NCBI GenBank assembly: GCA_038227875.1
Contig: JBBRPR010000100.1
Span: 1-19,234, forward strand
Reading direction: 5' to 3'
DNA: 19,234 bases
Source: Planctomycetota bacterium
GTDB taxonomy: Bacteria > Planctomycetota > SZUA-567 > H5-PLA8
Shown: in pieces, positions 17,391-19,234 of the stretch
How the letters are laid out: the number at the start of each line of letters is the position of its first letter
Position numbering within the stretch: the stretch's first letter is position 1
Position numbers and translations under genes: made by a program
Notes under the pieces: model-generated
The model's database searches: none
Seen by the model: the letters and a program-made list of their open reading frames with translations, nothing else
Told to the model about the DNA's origin: nothing

Positions 17391-17864
17391 ATGATAAAAA
17401 TCTGCGCCAACGTGGCGAAGAAGATTCCCTTACCGGGAATAGATTTCAGCAGTCAGCAATTTGGTGCGGCGATTGAAATTGAAGTTGCACACGGCGAGTC
17501 GCCCGATGTCATTCGGCTGCGCCTGCAGGAATTGTACAACCTACTCTCGGAGACGGTGGACAAGCAATTCGAGATCGCATCGATATCGAAAAAGTCCGGC
17601 AAGCGCGCGCTGCTTTCGCCGGGCGGCTGCAAAGAATGCCAGGCACTTCATGGCGCCAAGACCCTTCGTGCGGTCTCGGCCACAGCGGCGCAACGAAGGG
17701 CCATATGCGCGATCTGTGCCAGTCTCGATCTGGATATCGCGGGTGTTCTGGCGGATCGCAATGTTTCGGACTTGGCTGAACTCAGCGTTCAGGCTGCGTC
17801 CCGCCTGATCGACGAGCTCCGATCACGACAGAACGGACATTCCGGACCCGATCAGTCTACCTGA
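17391..17864 (+). CDS. Hypothetical mobile-element protein, 157 aa
   Basis: AAGGAGG RBS. N-terminal beta-beta-alpha-like part (KKIPLPGIDFSSQQFGAAIEIEV) and a C-terminal helical motif ATAAQRRAI...LSVQAASRLIDELR. Confidence 0.8.
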   Translation: MIKICANVAKKIPLPGIDFSSQQFGAAIEIEVAHGESPDVIRLRLQELYNLLSETVDKQFEIASISKKSGKRALLSPGGCKECQALHGAKTLRAVSATAAQRRAICAICASLDLDIAGVLADRNVSDLAELSVQAASRLIDELRSRQNGHSGPDQST

Positions 17865-17960
17865 GTTTGTTTTCCAATTAAATCGCGACAGGTCATTGGG
17901 ATTGCGCCATTAATTAAGTCGCGGCGTATTATCCCATTTAAATCAAGAGGAGGAATTCGT

Positions 17961-18803
17961 ATGAACGCTACGGCGATGGCGTCCGCGTCGGACTCCAAAC
18001 GGGCCGACGTCAAAAGCATCGAACATCTTTCGTATAGCAGTCTGACGACCTATGCCCAGTGTCCTCGAAAATTTTACTATCGGTATATTCAGCACGCGGA
18101 ACCGGAATTTATTCCGGCAGCGTTGGCTTTCGGCGGCGCCATCCATCGGGTTGCGGAATTGATTCATCATGCCTGCCTTGAAGGTCAGCTGCTTCCCGAG
18201 TTGGAATCTCTAATGGAACGCTTCGATGAAGCGTGGAGGTTGTCGACTGCCGGCGGGATTCCTATCAGTTATGCCCGTCTGGATGATGAGCGCTCCTTGC
18301 GAGCGCTGGCTGAGCGGATGCTCAGCGCATACCGTGAACACGTCTTCGCGATGAGTCAGCACCGTACCTGCCAGGTTCTCGCGATCGAGCACGTTGAACA
18401 GTTCCACTTTTTGAAGTCTCTGCCGCCCCTGGAAATGCGCGTGGATTTGGTTGAATTGGCTCCCAACGGCGACCTGATCATTTCCGATTTGAAAACCAGC
18501 CGTTCGCGCTGGAACGAGATCAAGCTCCGCGAAGCCATTCCTCAATTGGTTTTGTACTCCATCGGGCTAACACCGCTGTTTCGTGCCATGAAGGCTGAAC
18601 GGATCATGGCGCGCTTTATCGTGATCACAAAGGCGAAGTCGCCGTTGATTCAGGAACTGAATTTTTATCTCAATCAATCGGACGTGGACAAGGTCAAACG
18701 CCAGGTGAACGAGGTCTGGCATGGTATTCAGCAGCAGGTCTATATTCAACGGCCCGGATGGCCGTGCGCACAGTGTCCGTATAAAACTCGCTGCCTTGGA
18801 TAA
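17961..18803 (+). CDS. PD-(D/E)XK nuclease, RecB/AddB/Cas4-like (PDDEXK_1), with 1+3 Cys Fe-S staple
   Basis: HLSYSSLTTYAQCPRKFYYRY, FGGAIH, AIE, RVDLV, ISDLKTS, QLVLY, CAQCPYKTRC. GAGGAGG RBS. Confidence 0.9.
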   Translation: MNATAMASASDSKRADVKSIEHLSYSSLTTYAQCPRKFYYRYIQHAEPEFIPAALAFGGAIHRVAELIHHACLEGQLLPELESLMERFDEAWRLSTAGGIPISYARLDDERSLRALAERMLSAYREHVFAMSQHRTCQVLAIEHVEQFHFLKSLPPLEMRVDLVELAPNGDLIISDLKTSRSRWNEIKLREAIPQLVLYSIGLTPLFRAMKAERIMARFIVITKAKSPLIQELNFYLNQSDVDKVKRQVNEVWHGIQQQVYIQRPGWPCAQCPYKTRCLG

Positions 18804-18921
18804 CCGCCCTTTTCCTATTCAGCCTATTACGCAGATCTCCGCGGACGCATCACAGATGGCGTCGTTAGTAGGTTAATTTCTATCGGAATAAGTTTTCAAC
18901 ACATACTTTTAGGGAGGCGCC

Positions 18922-19093
18922 ATGCATAAGATACGTATTGTAAATTCGATCCGGCTGGCACGCGCGCTGCGCTCTGTCACCGCTGAATTCATCGACTACG
19001 GAATCTGGACGCGAAAGCTTGCCCGGATTCCGGTGAATCTGGTTCTGTTCAGCCGCTGGTACGGCTGGCAGGACTACGGATCCACCGGCGAGA
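18922..19093 (+). pseudogene. 5' part of a hypothetical gene interrupted by an IS
   Basis: GGGAGG RBS, ATG 18922, MHKIRIVNSIRLARALRSVTAEFIDYGIWTRKLARIPVNLVLFSRWYGWQDYGSTGE, then an abrupt switch to T-rich IS-end sequence. Confidence 0.6.
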
Positions 19094-19234
19094 GTAACTG
19101 TTTAGCGTTATTTTTTTTCCGACGATTCAGTCCTATTTTTTTTGCGGCAGGCGGCGATACTGTCTGCATGGATGATGCGTTGCGCGCAGAAAATGAGCGG
19201 TTGCGGGCGCTGGTTGAGGTGCAGGCCGCGCAGA
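19094..19234 (+). mobile_element. Left end of an IS66-family-like insertion sequence (single-ORF, ISBst12-like), running off the window
   Basis: Begins GTAACTGTTTAGCG (IS66 ends start GTAA). ATG 19168 gives MDDALRAENERLRALVEVQAAQ, a coiled-coil start typical of IS66 transposases. Confidence 0.7.

Noticed and set aside
17961..18803. CRISPR-Cas locus based on the Cas4-like nuclease
   Set aside because: No repeat-spacer array or other cas genes. The 220-bp repeat has only two long diverged copies.
1..19234. tRNA, rRNA, integrase or complete prophage
   Set aside because: No cloverleaf or rRNA-like sequence, no tyrosine or serine recombinase motifs and no virion structural genes recognised.

Overview
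A GC-rich bacterial accessory region, probably part of a decaying integrated element. The surface-protein fragments resemble planctomycete-type PKD/IPT proteins, but that host assignment is only an inference. Left (1-8.1 kb): a dense signalling cluster. A minus-strand, translationally coupled operon encodes a PhcB-like SAM methyltransferase, a membrane sensor with two kinase modules around a receiver, a PhcR-like receiver-pseudokinase and a truncated kinase. It is flanked by a divergent soluble hybrid kinase and two stand-alone receivers. Middle (8.1-14.8 kb): a tandem-HTH protein, a heavily frameshifted 5'-truncated surface-protein pseudogene, and a three-gene minus-strand unit. That unit is an IS1595-type Zn-ribbon/HTH protein lacking DDE, a small helical protein and a GpA-like large terminase, and it ends in an intrinsic terminator with no portal or capsid gene. 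A divergent, frame-split winged-helix regulator follows. Right (14.7-19.2 kb): a ~220-bp diverged direct repeat brackets a second 5'-truncated IPT/PKD gene, then an AT-rich control region, a hypothetical gene, a 4-Cys PD-(D/E)XK nuclease, and a gene interrupted in frame by an IS66-like element at the window edge. All family assignments are by eye from motifs; no searches were run.
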